A stretch of 26,438 nucleotides of DNA from a virus (Duplodnaviria > Caudoviricetes): IMG/VR virus record IMGVR_UViG_3300020045_001408, positions 1-26,438 of that record; one strand, written 5' to 3'. The translations under genes and the position numbers were made by a program. The notes beneath the pieces were generated by a model. The model did not search any database. It worked only from the letters and a program-made list of their open reading frames with translations, and had not been told where the DNA came from. Positions 1 through 8,506 of the stretch are shown piece after piece; the stretch's first letter is position 1; the number at the start of each line of letters is the position of its first letter.

Positions 1-403
1 TGTTCTTTAATTGAATATCGCCGGCATCAATATCGAACGTCTCTTTCTGGCTCATAATTATCATTAACTGACTAAGCGCAGAGCTGGCCCGTGTCTGATC
101 TGATCCAGCAAGAAAGCCCGCAGATAGACCGGCCAACGCGCTAAGTACGCCACTGCTGTCTATATTGGATAATGCGCCTCCAATAAAATCGGTGGGCGAT
201 GGGCCTATTGGCGTATTGCTAATTGCCCCTGTTAGCGTCCACTTGATTGGATTAATGATACGGTGATCCGTCGGCCTAACCCCTGACTCAATAGTGTAGT
301 CAGTAATAGTGGCCGTCATCTCAAGCGTATCCTCCAGCACCGCATCGAATTCCATGCCGGCCAGTGTAGGAGCGTTTTTAGTAAAAATGCTGACTATGCT
401 CAT
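1..403 (-). CDS. Baseplate hub / tail tube initiator (Dit-like) protein, runs off the window edge
   Basis: Not in the ORF track. Manual translation from ATG 403 (TAATG overlap with the tape measure stop): MSIVSIFTKNAPTLAGMEFDAVLEDTLEMTATITDYTIESGVRPTDHRIINPIKWTLTGAISNTP... The FDAVLE..E...IT.Y.IE.G....DH....P pattern is typical of the gene after the TMP in these myoviruses. Confidence 0.75.
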   Translation of the reverse strand, partial: MSIVSIFTKNAPTLAGMEFDAVLEDTLEMTATITDYTIESGVRPTDHRIINPIKWTLTGAISNTPIGPSPTDFIGGALSNIDSSGVLSALAGLSAGFLAGSDQTRASSALSQLMIIMSQKETFDIDAGDIQLKN

Positions 404-1617
404 TAGCGGCTCGTTGTGCTGCGTACGTCGTCAAGTGTTGACCGGTGACCGCGCTGGTTTACTTCGACAATGCGGTTATCAATCTCGCGGCCATCAAGGT
501 TTAGGTGAGTATGTACGATGATTGGCGGCTGCGCTTGCGTTTGCGTTGTTCTGGCTTGTGTCGCCGCTTCTGTTGCCACCCGATTAGCTGCAGACGGCGA
601 TAATGGCAGCATGGCAGGGCCAGTTGGCATGTCTGGAGAATATGGGGCCGCACCACGCGGCAGTATAGGGACGCCACTAGGAGAGAGTGGGCGCTGACCA
701 CCGGATAAGTCTACGCCACCCTTTCCTGGTGGTAGAGTAAGCCATTCATACAGACGAACGCCAAGGGTCTTATCTCCGGTTTTGCTCATTCCCTTTGCCA
801 TTTCTTCCGCACTTAATGGTGCCGAACGCTGGCCCGCTACCTGACGGCCCGCAGCATCAAGAAGGAATTCTTTGGAAAATTTCTTTGCCGCTATGTCAGG
901 GGTAGAATTTGCAATGTCCAACAGCTTGTTCAGTAGGGGTAATACTTTCATGGCAAGCTGATCCGTCAACGCGCCCATGTTCGTTTTAAGGTCAAGCAGC
1001 TGCTTGTTGTATTCTGCTGACGCTTTGGTTGCGTCTTCGGTGACCGGCCTCATAGCCTTGTACTTTTCTATTAGCTCAGTAGCTCCGGCGCGTCCTTGTG
1101 ATAATAGGCGCAGCGTAGCAGGATCAATGCCTAGCGCGTTCATCATGTTAATCCGCATCTGTGGACTTGCCGCCTTGAACTTATCGGCCTGAGCCAATAG
1201 CGCCTGCAGTGCATCGCTTGATGTGATGATGGCGTTATAGTCTACGCCAGCCATGCCGGCAGCTTGGAACCATGACGTATCACCGACCTTAAATGCTGCC
1301 CGCCATTTCTCGATCTGCTCAAGCTGATTCATGGCGCTGTCGAAGTCACCTCCGCTCATTTGGATTGCGCGACCAAATCCGGCTACGTCGGTAGCAGCCA
1401 GTCCGAACGTCTGCCCGAACTTGCCAAGATTGTCCGTGGCCCCGGCGAAATCACCAGCCAGCTTTGCCAGTCCAAATGCACCGGCAGCAACAGACCCCAG
1501 TCCAAGCGCCTTGGATTTGATCGAGTCAAGGCCGGACGAAACTTCTTTCGACCCCTTGTTGAACTCCGTCGTATCAAGCCCAATCCCGACAAGGAAGCTT
1601 GTAAGCACGTTTGACAT
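403..1617 (-). CDS. Tail tape measure protein (short, 404 aa)
   Basis: N-terminus 'VLTSFLVGIGLD', Ala/Gly-rich helical body, C-terminal 'VHTHLNLDGREI' motif; lies between the tail chaperones and the Dit-like gene. Confidence 0.85.
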   Translation of the reverse strand: MSNVLTSFLVGIGLDTTEFNKGSKEVSSGLDSIKSKALGLGSVAAGAFGLAKLAGDFAGATDNLGKFGQTFGLAATDVAGFGRAIQMSGGDFDSAMNQLEQIEKWRAAFKVGDTSWFQAAGMAGVDYNAIITSSDALQALLAQADKFKAASPQMRINMMNALGIDPATLRLLSQGRAGATELIEKYKAMRPVTEDATKASAEYNKQLLDLKTNMGALTDQLAMKVLPLLNKLLDIANSTPDIAAKKFSKEFLLDAAGRQVAGQRSAPLSAEEMAKGMSKTGDKTLGVRLYEWLTLPPGKGGVDLSGGQRPLSPSGVPILPRGAAPYSPDMPTGPAMLPLSPSAANRVATEAATQARTTQTQAQPPIIVHTHLNLDGREIDNRIVEVNQRGHRSTLDDVRSTTSR

Positions 1618-1641
1618 GGTAGCGCCTAAAATATTTTCTAC

Positions 1642-1688
1642 ATTCTATCATGATGATAGTTGACGGACGCGGCACAGTAACGTAGCAT
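1642..1688. promoter_or_regulatory. Divergent promoter module copy 1
   Basis: Plus strand TTGACG (1660-1665), 17 nt, TAGCAT (1683-1688). Minus strand extended -10 TGATAGAAT (1642-1650) upstream of the TMP. Confidence 0.75.
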
Positions 1689-1727
1689 GAAGTTATCGAA
1701 ACGCAGCAGACAGCAAGGGTTATTGAT

Positions 1728-1901
1728 ATGAATTTTTTTACATGTTTATTCATTGTATTTTTGGTTCTTAAACTGGTAGGCATTATCTCATGGTCGTGGT
1801 GGATTGTTACTTCTCCATTGTGGGGTGGGATTGCGTTTTCATTAATCGCACTGTGCTTTACGTCTTTAGTTTTGGCAATTTCCGTGATGATTAAAAAATG
1901 A
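1728..1901 (+). CDS. Small membrane protein (57 aa) of the common phage 'FxVLKLxGxIxWSWWxVxSPLW' type
   Basis: Manual translation MNFFTCLFIVFLVLKLVGIISWSWWIVTSPLWGGIAFSLIALCFTSLVLAISVMIKK; SD-like AAGGG; first gene after the promoter. Confidence 0.8.
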   Translation: MNFFTCLFIVFLVLKLVGIISWSWWIVTSPLWGGIAFSLIALCFTSLVLAISVMIKK

Positions 1902-2056
1902 AAGTAGCCGCATGGATGACCATCTTCACAATCGCGCTGGCAGCATTTGCGTACTGTTTGTTTATCGACATGACGCAGCCGCGCCCAGATCCTTTCGCGG
2001 ATTGTGTTCCGCTTCCGAGTAACGATACAACTAACTATTGGGCGTGCAAGAAATGA
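1898..2056 (+). CDS. Small single-pass membrane or exported protein (52 aa)
   Basis: MKVAAWMTIFTIALAAFAYCLFIDMTQPRPDPFADCVPLPSNDTTNYWACKK; ATGA overlaps with both neighbours. Confidence 0.7.
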   Translation: MKVAAWMTIFTIALAAFAYCLFIDMTQPRPDPFADCVPLPSNDTTNYWACKK

Positions 2057-2457
2057 GCTTAATTAAACTATTGCTAGATTCTGGGCTTACTCCTGACGCT
2101 ATACCAAATGGATGCAATTCGATAGGCGTAGGGCCCGACGGAAAATGGGCGATTGGATATGAAGGAAATTCATACAAAGGAACCAGCTGGTTTTTGGCGA
2201 ATATTAAAATTGAACTTGACGTTAATTACGACCCGATAACTGCATCTGATTTTGTTGAGGCGTATTATCTGCTTAATAAGCAAGCCACGCAGATACAGCC
2301 AGCTCAGCCAGAGCAGCACCAAACCATCGAACAGCTAATCGCACAAATGGACACACTGGCCGATATGGCGAAACGCAACACGATGGAACAGATCCGTCTG
2401 CGTGACTTGATTTCGGCCCGGCTTAATCCGCTGGGTTATTGCTTGACTAAGAAGTAA
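2053..2457 (+). CDS. Hypothetical protein with C-terminal coiled-coil
   Basis: ORF track 2038..2457; start moved to ATG 2053 (ATGA overlap). C-terminus resembles that of 16925..17818. Confidence 0.75.
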   Translation: MSLIKLLLDSGLTPDAIPNGCNSIGVGPDGKWAIGYEGNSYKGTSWFLANIKIELDVNYDPITASDFVEAYYLLNKQATQIQPAQPEQHQTIEQLIAQMDTLADMAKRNTMEQIRLRDLISARLNPLGYCLTKK

Positions 2458-2481
2458 TTGATTAATTTAAAGGGGAATAAG

Positions 2482-2724
2482 ATGACGCTTAAAGCATATC
2501 AAGTCGGTGAGTTTGATATTGTCGCCGCATACTCAGCAGATCAAGCACTGAACATTTATGTTGGCACATGCGGTGATTGCACGGTGGATGATTTTGAAGT
2601 AGATGAAATAATCGAACCAAGACTGTCGGCAGTAATGAAAGACGAAGACGGCAATCCAGCTGGGACAATCAAAGACTACTTGGATGAAGTGGCTGAGCCT
2701 CAGTATTTATTTGGTTGGGAATAA
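2482..2724 (+). CDS. Acidic hypothetical phage protein (80 aa)
   Basis: SD AAGGGG before ATG 2482; MTLKAYQVGEFDIVAAYS...PQYLFGWE; followed by a terminator. Confidence 0.8.
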   Translation: MTLKAYQVGEFDIVAAYSADQALNIYVGTCGDCTVDDFEVDEIIEPRLSAVMKDEDGNPAGTIKDYLDEVAEPQYLFGWE

Positions 2725-2725
2725 A

Positions 2726-2753
2726 AAATACCCCGGTTCATGCCGGGGTATTT
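2726..2753. terminator. Bidirectional intrinsic terminator
   Basis: AAATACCCCGG-TTCATG-CCGGGGTATTT between convergent genes. Confidence 0.8.
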
Positions 2754-2971
2754 GCTTCCATCATCTCTAGCAGATCGAAAATCGTCTGATTAAACATTTC
2801 AACATCAGCGATAGAATAGGTTCCGTCCTCAAGCTGCGACCATGTGCAGAGTGGTGGACAGGCACCAACTACACCCACACATGGCTGCATAAGGAACCAG
2901 TCTACAGAGCTACGGCTTCCTGATTTTGCTGTTTTGGCCCGACGTTTTCTTTGTCGAGCCACGCGAAAAAA
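2738..2971 (-). CDS. Tail assembly chaperone, frameshifted C-terminal extension (gpGT-like)
   Basis: Frame containing VDWFLMQPC...LCTWSQLEDGTYSIADVEMFN is the -1 frame of the upstream chaperone, entered at T TTT TTC (2971-2965). Confidence 0.75.
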   Translation of the reverse strand, partial: FFRVARQRKRRAKTAKSGSRSSVDWFLMQPCVGVVGACPPLCTWSQLEDGTYSIADVEMFNQTIFDLLEMMEANTPA

Positions 2972-3285
2972 TCACCAAGATTCCACTCAATAGCTTCGGC
3001 CAGTAAAGTGAAATAGACATTCATGCCGTCATCAAAGTTTTCGATAGTAACGCGCTCATTGCCGCCACTCTTAACCGTCTTCCACAAAACGATATCAGAA
3101 ATTTGACTGATATTGTCCTCGCCGACAGCCAGCAACGCACCCTTTAGCATTGCGGTGCCGATCACCTCGCCAGACTTGGCAGATACATAAGCCAGGTGAG
3201 ATCCTAGGATCATCATCAGTTTACGCTGCTGCACCGCACTGGCTCGGGTGACGTTGTAGCCGCAGATTGTTTTAATCATGCTCAT
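2902..3285 (-). CDS. Tail assembly chaperone (gpG-like)
   Basis: 127 aa directly after the tail tube; ends with N-L-G-D-F-F over a slippery heptamer. Confidence 0.8.
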   Translation of the reverse strand: MSMIKTICGYNVTRASAVQQRKLMMILGSHLAYVSAKSGEVIGTAMLKGALLAVGEDNISQISDIVLWKTVKSGGNERVTIENFDDGMNVYFTLLAEAIEWNLGDFFAWLDKENVGPKQQNQEAVAL

Positions 3286-3698
3286 TAAATTCCACCCTTA
3301 CTTGCAGTCCAGCCATTGAATTCCATGATGTACTGGTCGTCAGTAATCGTAGAGCCGCCACGGCCATTTGATGCATCATTAACAATAACGCCTTCCGTGC
3401 CAATCGCGGTTTCCAGTGTGCCAATCTGCGTCTTGCTGATGGTGATATTTGCGTTACTGTTCATCAGGCCTTGCATGAACGCACTGTCTGGCGAACCAGG
3501 GTTAAGAAACAGTTTTACGTTACGTCCGGGATTGATCCGATTCAGGCGCACAGCATTGCCACCTTGTCCGCGACGAAGTGTTGTCTTCGGGTCAATCGGG
3601 TCGTCAGTGAACGGCGTTGCGGTATCGCCCCAGTCTGCAATGGTTCTGCCATTTACCACGACGACAAAGAGGTCGGTACTAAAATTATTTAAAGCCAT
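3285..3698 (-). CDS. Tail tube protein (DUF3277-like)
   Basis: 137 aa beta-rich protein directly downstream of the sheath. Confidence 0.8.
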   Translation of the reverse strand: MALNNFSTDLFVVVVNGRTIADWGDTATPFTDDPIDPKTTLRRGQGGNAVRLNRINPGRNVKLFLNPGSPDSAFMQGLMNSNANITISKTQIGTLETAIGTEGVIVNDASNGRGGSTITDDQYIMEFNGWTASKGGI

Positions 3699-3709
3699 GA
3701 TTAAACCTC

Positions 3710-4852
3710 TTAGTAAACGCTGACGTCGACAGCGACTTGATGGATGGCACCCTTGCGGAAAATACGAATACGCAACGGAGCTGCTTTACGTGCCGCGCGG
3801 TCTGCATCAAGCAAGTTTAGAATTTCTTCTGGTTTGGTCAGAATCTCATAGCCGGCAGTGTATTTATAAACGCCGTCATCAGGATCGGTATAGTTGCGCG
3901 GGCCAAGGTAGTCATTGCGGATATATTGCTCGCACACCGCACGGGCTGCACCGATCAGTACAGACTGCCCGATAGGATCTTGGCCTAGCTTTGTCGTCTG
4001 ATTAGCCAGCGCATTATATAGCGACACTTTCAGGTAATTCACGAACGCGGACAGATTGACAACATCGTCCATATATTCGCCGTATGAGCTGTGCGTCCAC
4101 GAGTTAATAACACGCCCATTGTCAACAGATCCTTGTAGGTCTACGACAGTATAGAACATACATTTCTTGGTTGGCTTGGTCATGGCAGCATAGGCGGTAT
4201 CGGTCAAGTCTTCCGATGCCACGCCAGACAACTTTTTAAACTCAGCGGTAATTGTTGATTTTGCTGCCGAGTAATTTACCGCAGCAAACCACTTACATAG
4301 CGCGATGCCGGCGTAAGGGTCAGTGGCATGGGCCATGGTGCTTGCCATGCGCACACCACTGGTAGTCAGTGCCGAGGCGATATCAGTATTTAGTGCCGGA
4401 TCACGGATTGCTGTAGCGGCCGCACCGGTCTGGCAGTCCATAAAGAATCGCTCGTTGGTATTTGACCACTGAGCAATCAGATTTACTTTTGACGCGTCGG
4501 CATAAACTGGTGCAGTAAAGAACGACCAGTACCACCAAAGCTGGTTGTTCGCCTTGTCCAGTGTTGTTGTGATTGTTGCGTCAGCAGTAGCAGCACCCCA
4601 AACGGTGACGCTGCGAGTGGCTGGAATGCCACCAAGCCAGCGATTCATGGCCTTATACGTTTCGGTCGTGGACGGGAAGTCTACAGACAGCGCCTTCATG
4701 GAATTGTAGACGCGGTATGTGTCTTTCAGGAAGCCGACCGGCAATTCTGTTTCCGGCGCAAAATGCACCGCAGCAGCAAAGTTAGCGAATCCCAAGCCTT
4801 GGGGGCTAATTGCCGTAGTGACTTGGATTATGGAATTTACGTCGTACGACAT
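3710..4852 (-). CDS. Tail sheath protein (DUF3383 family)
   Basis: 380 aa; 'ITAEFKKLSGV', 'EYMDDVVNL', C-terminal 'GAIHQVAVDV' are sheath-type motifs; synteny fits. Confidence 0.88.
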   Translation of the reverse strand: MSYDVNSIIQVTTAISPQGLGFANFAAAVHFAPETELPVGFLKDTYRVYNSMKALSVDFPSTTETYKAMNRWLGGIPATRSVTVWGAATADATITTTLDKANNQLWWYWSFFTAPVYADASKVNLIAQWSNTNERFFMDCQTGAAATAIRDPALNTDIASALTTSGVRMASTMAHATDPYAGIALCKWFAAVNYSAAKSTITAEFKKLSGVASEDLTDTAYAAMTKPTKKCMFYTVVDLQGSVDNGRVINSWTHSSYGEYMDDVVNLSAFVNYLKVSLYNALANQTTKLGQDPIGQSVLIGAARAVCEQYIRNDYLGPRNYTDPDDGVYKYTAGYEILTKPEEILNLLDADRAARKAAPLRIRIFRKGAIHQVAVDVSVY

Positions 4853-4854
4853 AA

Positions 4855-5403
4855 TTAAACCCCGATTGTAAATTGCGTAATTGTATCAGCTTTCTCATTC
4901 TGCACGATAACTTGCGCCGAGTAGATTGCGTTCATGGTTTCTTTGCTGCTGGTTTCGTACATTAGCGTAACAGTGATCTCACTGCGTTGCTCCCAGTTGT
5001 TCGACTGCAGCGACGTAAGATTGTTGACCGAGCTCGTGCCATTCCAGCCTATTTTGCTCTTAAACAATGCCGCGCTGACTGATGGTCGCTTATTGCACTG
5101 CTTGAGCGATTCAGCCATGGCCATTGCCTCGCCACGGTAAAATTGGATACTCACGTCGCACATGATCTGGGCGCGTACATCTACCTGCAGATCATTGACA
5201 GGGCCAATTGGTGACGGGACTAATGCGGTATTGGCGCGGTAGATATTGGCCTGACCACGCTCACGCAATGACTGGCGCGGGCGGATGCTGGCATATACAC
5301 CCAACGGCGCAGGCTTGTTCGGATCAGCAAGAATGCACTCAGGCACTCCCGTCACACTCATGACAATGGGCCGCAACACATTGAACAGCTCTTTATCCGT
5401 CAT
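4855..5403 (-). CDS. Tail terminator / neck completion protein
   Basis: Start MTDKELF at 5403 (ATGA overlap); 'ILADPNKPAP...YASIR' and 'WEQRSEITV' motifs; precedes the sheath. Confidence 0.75.
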   Translation of the reverse strand: MTDKELFNVLRPIVMSVTGVPECILADPNKPAPLGVYASIRPRQSLRERGQANIYRANTALVPSPIGPVNDLQVDVRAQIMCDVSIQFYRGEAMAMAESLKQCNKRPSVSAALFKSKIGWNGTSSVNNLTSLQSNNWEQRSEITVTLMYETSSKETMNAIYSAQVIVQNEKADTITQFTIGV

Positions 5404-5765
5404 GGCTGCACGTCCAGTCTGCTGACAAAAATCTTGCAGTAATTGCGCCAAGGACGATTATCAAGGCTGATTGATTTCCATTTTTGGCCGTCAAATGTCC
5501 AGATATCCGCTGAGCTGATTTTGTATAGGTCACCATCATTCACATAGATCCGGCGCAAGTCTAAGATCCGCTCGCCACCTTGAGATAAGAAATCAATCTC
5601 GCGGTCGCTTGCCGATTGAATAGTGACTTTGTGCGCTTCTGTGGTGGTAGCGCCATCCACCCAAATGCCGTCAACGTAATCGCCACCAGTCATGGCCGTG
5701 CGTGTCGCGGGGATTGACTGAAACGTGTCGTCAATCGTGCCGCTCATATCTAATAGGCCGGCCAT
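5400..5765 (-). CDS. Head closure / head-tail joining protein
   Basis: 121 aa; 'GDYVDGIWV', 'IQSAS..EIDFL..GGER' pattern; neck-module position. Confidence 0.75.
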   Translation of the reverse strand: MAGLLDMSGTIDDTFQSIPATRTAMTGGDYVDGIWVDGATTTEAHKVTIQSASDREIDFLSQGGERILDLRRIYVNDGDLYKISSADIWTFDGQKWKSISLDNRPWRNYCKIFVSRLDVQP

Positions 5766-5923
5766 TATTTAATAGTCACTTCTAGCATCCATGCCGGAAC
5801 ATAGCCAGGGAAGCCAATGGCTATCAACGGATAATTAATAATCTTAAATATGGTTGGATATTTAATCGTTACCGTTGCCGTCATTCCGCCATAAACTTTT
5901 TTTTCTAAAGTAAGATTTTTCAT
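5765..5923 (-). CDS. Small AT-rich inserted hypothetical protein (52 aa)
   Basis: Manual: MKNLTLEKKVYGGMTATVTIKYPTIFKIINYPLIAIGFPGYVPAWMLEVTIK; fills the gap exactly, with TAATG overlaps at both ends. Confidence 0.65.
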   Translation of the reverse strand: MKNLTLEKKVYGGMTATVTIKYPTIFKIINYPLIAIGFPGYVPAWMLEVTIK

Positions 5924-6522
5924 TATTCCAATCCCTCCGTTGGGCGTTCTTTCTGCAAAGCGTAGGTGACTGATTGACGCAGCGCGCCTGAGTCGATCAG
6001 CGGGTTTGAACTGCCCTTCTGCCGAATCGTACTTTTCGCATTGGGCGGAGACTTCAAATCAGTCATGTATTTTTGAACGATGCCCGCAGCCGTTACGCCG
6101 ATTTCCTCAAGCACTGCATCAATATTAGCGCCGACCGCAATTTTACTTTGCACGATGGCTAGGTACTCTTGCGTTCCAGACTCTACGCCCGGCTTTAACC
6201 ATGGTCGCGCCGGGATGGTGATCTTGTGCGCACTGGTCACGCCGAGCTGCATGTACCCAGCGCCCGTCTTCAGAAAACGAACCTTTCCCTTATTGGCTGC
6301 TGCTGCCGTGGCGTATCCGTATGATGTACCTCCCGGATGGTCGATGCTGGCCCCGTACTCCTGAATAGCGCCCAGCTTAGCCATGGTCATATCGCCACCC
6401 TCGACGTCGCCGGCTTCTTCGTGAATGCCAATAGTCACAGCTTTATTTTGCCCGACGAACGCAGACAGCGCCTTTTTAAGCTCCGCCTGCATTGTCTGGA
6501 AGCCAATCACCTTAATGCTCAT
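5923..6522 (-). CDS. Neck / virion morphogenesis protein (HK97 gp10-like)
   Basis: Start MSIKVIG at 6522 (ATGA overlap); 'AIQEYG', 'IPARPWL', 'PPNAKSTIRQKGSSNPLIDSGALRQSVTY' motifs. Confidence 0.85.
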   Translation of the reverse strand: MSIKVIGFQTMQAELKKALSAFVGQNKAVTIGIHEEAGDVEGGDMTMAKLGAIQEYGASIDHPGGTSYGYATAAAANKGKVRFLKTGAGYMQLGVTSAHKITIPARPWLKPGVESGTQEYLAIVQSKIAVGANIDAVLEEIGVTAAGIVQKYMTDLKSPPNAKSTIRQKGSSNPLIDSGALRQSVTYALQKERPTEGLE

Positions 6523-6935
6523 ACGGCACGCGCACCCATGCCAGCGCGACGTCGCAGGCGTAACCATTGCTGACCGAATACGCTAGCAGCCAGCCATTCA
6601 TCCCCAGCGCGTAACTTGCCATACGACCCGGTAAACATGCTTACTGATTCATCGCCCACGCCTTTACTGGCCACAATGCCCTTTGTGCCGGCTGACATGC
6701 CTCCCGCTGCACCGTTCGGATACAGCACGGCCAGATAGTGGCAGGCGTACAAGAACATGCCGCGCTGTTTGAAGTTCTCGCATTCATCTTGGTAGCCGCC
6801 CCAGCCCTTGCCACCAGTCTCCGCATCAGCCTCACATAATGACTCCTTAACCATCGCATCTGGATAAGTGATTGTGCTGCTGAACGGCTGCTTGGCATTT
6901 CGGAAGCTAACGATGATTGCTGAGGTAATGTCCAT
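6519..6935 (-). CDS. Head-tail adaptor (DUF4054 family)
   Basis: Start MDIT at 6935; 'GMFLYACHYL', 'VASKGVGDESVS', 'FGQQWLRLRR' motifs. Confidence 0.85.
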   Translation of the reverse strand: MDITSAIIVSFRNAKQPFSSTITYPDAMVKESLCEADAETGGKGWGGYQDECENFKQRGMFLYACHYLAVLYPNGAAGGMSAGTKGIVASKGVGDESVSMFTGSYGKLRAGDEWLAASVFGQQWLRLRRRAGMGARAV

Positions 6936-6960
6936 GGGTAGCGCCTGATATATTTTCACC

Positions 6961-7007
6961 ATTGTATCATTGCTATTGTTGACGGGCGCGGCACGATAAT
7001 ATAGAGT
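6961..7007. promoter_or_regulatory. Divergent promoter module copy 2
   Basis: Plus TTGACG (6979-6984), 17 nt, TAGAGT (7002-7007); minus extended -10 TGATACAAT (6961-6969). Confidence 0.75.
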
Positions 7008-7047
7008 GAACGAATCAACCGATAAACATAAAGCAAGGGGATTAAAA

Positions 7048-7353
7048 ATGAGTCTAATTAAATGGAATACAACAAAAAAAGAATGTGATGTAATTGAAAA
7101 AATTGCGTTGCGTGTTGTTGGTATTATGTCCGCCGATTACTCATCAAAGAAAGATGCCATAGAGGGTATCGAGATGGACATTACTGCCTGCCACTTGAAT
7201 GGCAATCCGTTGCGTTTGGATGACATGCTGGAGGCAGATAATTTTAACCTAATGCATGATGTTTCTGGTATCGGTCGGCACATCGACAGAAATACAGGAA
7301 AGTTACTTGGCGGTTTCTCTCCTAGATTTTCCTTAAAAGAGTCGTCAAAATGA
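7048..7353 (+). CDS. Conserved phage protein, DUF6874-like
   Basis: SD AAGGGG before ATG 7048; 'MDITACH.NG.PLRL...L.AD.FN..HDV.GI.RHIDR.TG.L...F.PRF' signature. Confidence 0.75.
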   Translation: MSLIKWNTTKKECDVIEKIALRVVGIMSADYSSKKDAIEGIEMDITACHLNGNPLRLDDMLEADNFNLMHDVSGIGRHIDRNTGKLLGGFSPRFSLKESSK

Positions 7354-7640
7354 AATTCAAACTATCATCACCAGAATTCGACAAGTGGAACGGGGAAGAT
7401 AAGGTTCTACACTTTGCATTTAGCGCATCAATGGCATTTTTTGCTGCCGTACTGGCTCGGTCACTTCACTGGGAAAGTCCGGCCTTATGCGGATTTGCGG
7501 CATCTATGCTGGTGGGAATTGCCAAGGAGTTGAAGGATGCCACAACCGAATCTGGGTCAGGACTCAGTTACAAAGACTTGACCGGTGATGTGCTGGGCGC
7601 TGGGCTAGGAGTATCGACGGCAGCGGCGTTGTTGATGTAA
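7350..7640 (+). CDS. YfiM/DUF2279-like membrane protein
   Basis: 'DKVLHFAFS', 'GIAKELKD', 'GSGLSYKDL.GDVLG' motifs; hydrophobic segments. Confidence 0.75.
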   Translation: MKFKLSSPEFDKWNGEDKVLHFAFSASMAFFAAVLARSLHWESPALCGFAASMLVGIAKELKDATTESGSGLSYKDLTGDVLGAGLGVSTAAALLM

Positions 7641-7643
7641 AAC

Positions 7644-7669
7644 AAGCCCCGCACTCAGCGGGGCTTTTT
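7644..7669. terminator. Intrinsic terminator (likely bidirectional)
   Basis: AAGCCCCGC-ACTCA-GCGGGGCTTTTT between convergent ORFs. Confidence 0.8.
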
Positions 7670-7671
7670 CA

Positions 7672-7848
7672 TTACAGTTCAGGCGTACCGCTAACGATCA
7701 CCACCAGCGTTGCCGCAGTAATCGAGCCGGAATCAGTCTGCAGGCGCACTGCTGAATTGCTGGACTCAATCAGCAGCGCGGTACTGGATAACTGCTCATA
7801 GAAGCCGCCAGCCTTAACCTTCAACACGCGAGCCGATACCTTTGCCAT
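7672..7848 (-). pseudogene. Possible orphan 3' fragment of a beta-rich structural gene, or a 58-aa small gene
   Basis: Open frame ...GGFYEQLSSTALLIESSNSAVRLQTDSGSITAATLVVIVSGTPEL ends 2 nt from the terminator; overlaps the rha 3' end; no clear SD. Confidence 0.35.
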
Positions 7849-8506
7849 TTTCCGGCAGAGAATCAATCAACCCACTAAGCGTACTGCATCTAAATTTTGC
7901 CACCTGGTATATTTCATGATAATCCATACCGGCTTTGATGCCATCCTGAATAGCCAGCTTAATTAATAATTCAACCGATGCCATGACGGACAATTGGCGC
8001 GCATCCATCTGGTCGCGCTCGCCAGCATTAACGCCGCATATGCTGTTTGCTAACTTACTGTATGCAATGTAAAGCTTGCTTGCGTTCTGACTGCCTGCAG
8101 CTTCCGCGTAGTCCTTTAGCTCCTTGATTGCATCCGTCTCTTCCAGTCTCACTTGCTTTCCATTGATGCGCGCAAGATCGCGTGATGCCAATTGTTTGCG
8201 CGCACTAGAAAATGACTTAACCAGTGCCAGCTTGCAAGCTACTACGCGCGCATTGTTTCGCATGAGGGTAAGTAGGAAAAAACACTGATCTTCATTGAGC
8301 AGAGAATATCTAACGTCACCACCGCCATGAGTACCCGGCAATCTTGCTTCCGTTTCAAACGGAAGCTGCCCAAGCTGCTTTAGCTCTTCAGAATACTTGT
8401 CGATGCTTTCGAGAATTGTTCTGTGGCGATGATCTAGGAACGGAGCAAGCTGGCGGGAGTCGGTGCGAAGTTCTTTCTGAATCTGGGAGATGATAATTTC
8501 ATTCAT
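7814..8506 (-). CDS. rha: Rha family phage regulatory protein
   Basis: 'RTDSRQLA......H..ILESI', 'YSLLNEDQCFFLLTLMRN...VV..K..LVK.F' Rha signature; SD GAGG. Confidence 0.85.
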   Translation of the reverse strand: MNEIIISQIQKELRTDSRQLAPFLDHRHRTILESIDKYSEELKQLGQLPFETEARLPGTHGGGDVRYSLLNEDQCFFLLTLMRNNARVVACKLALVKSFSSARKQLASRDLARINGKQVRLEETDAIKELKDYAEAAGSQNASKLYIAYSKLANSICGVNAGERDQMDARQLSVMASVELLIKLAIQDGIKAGMDYHEIYQVAKFRCSTLSGLIDSLPENGKGIGSRVEG

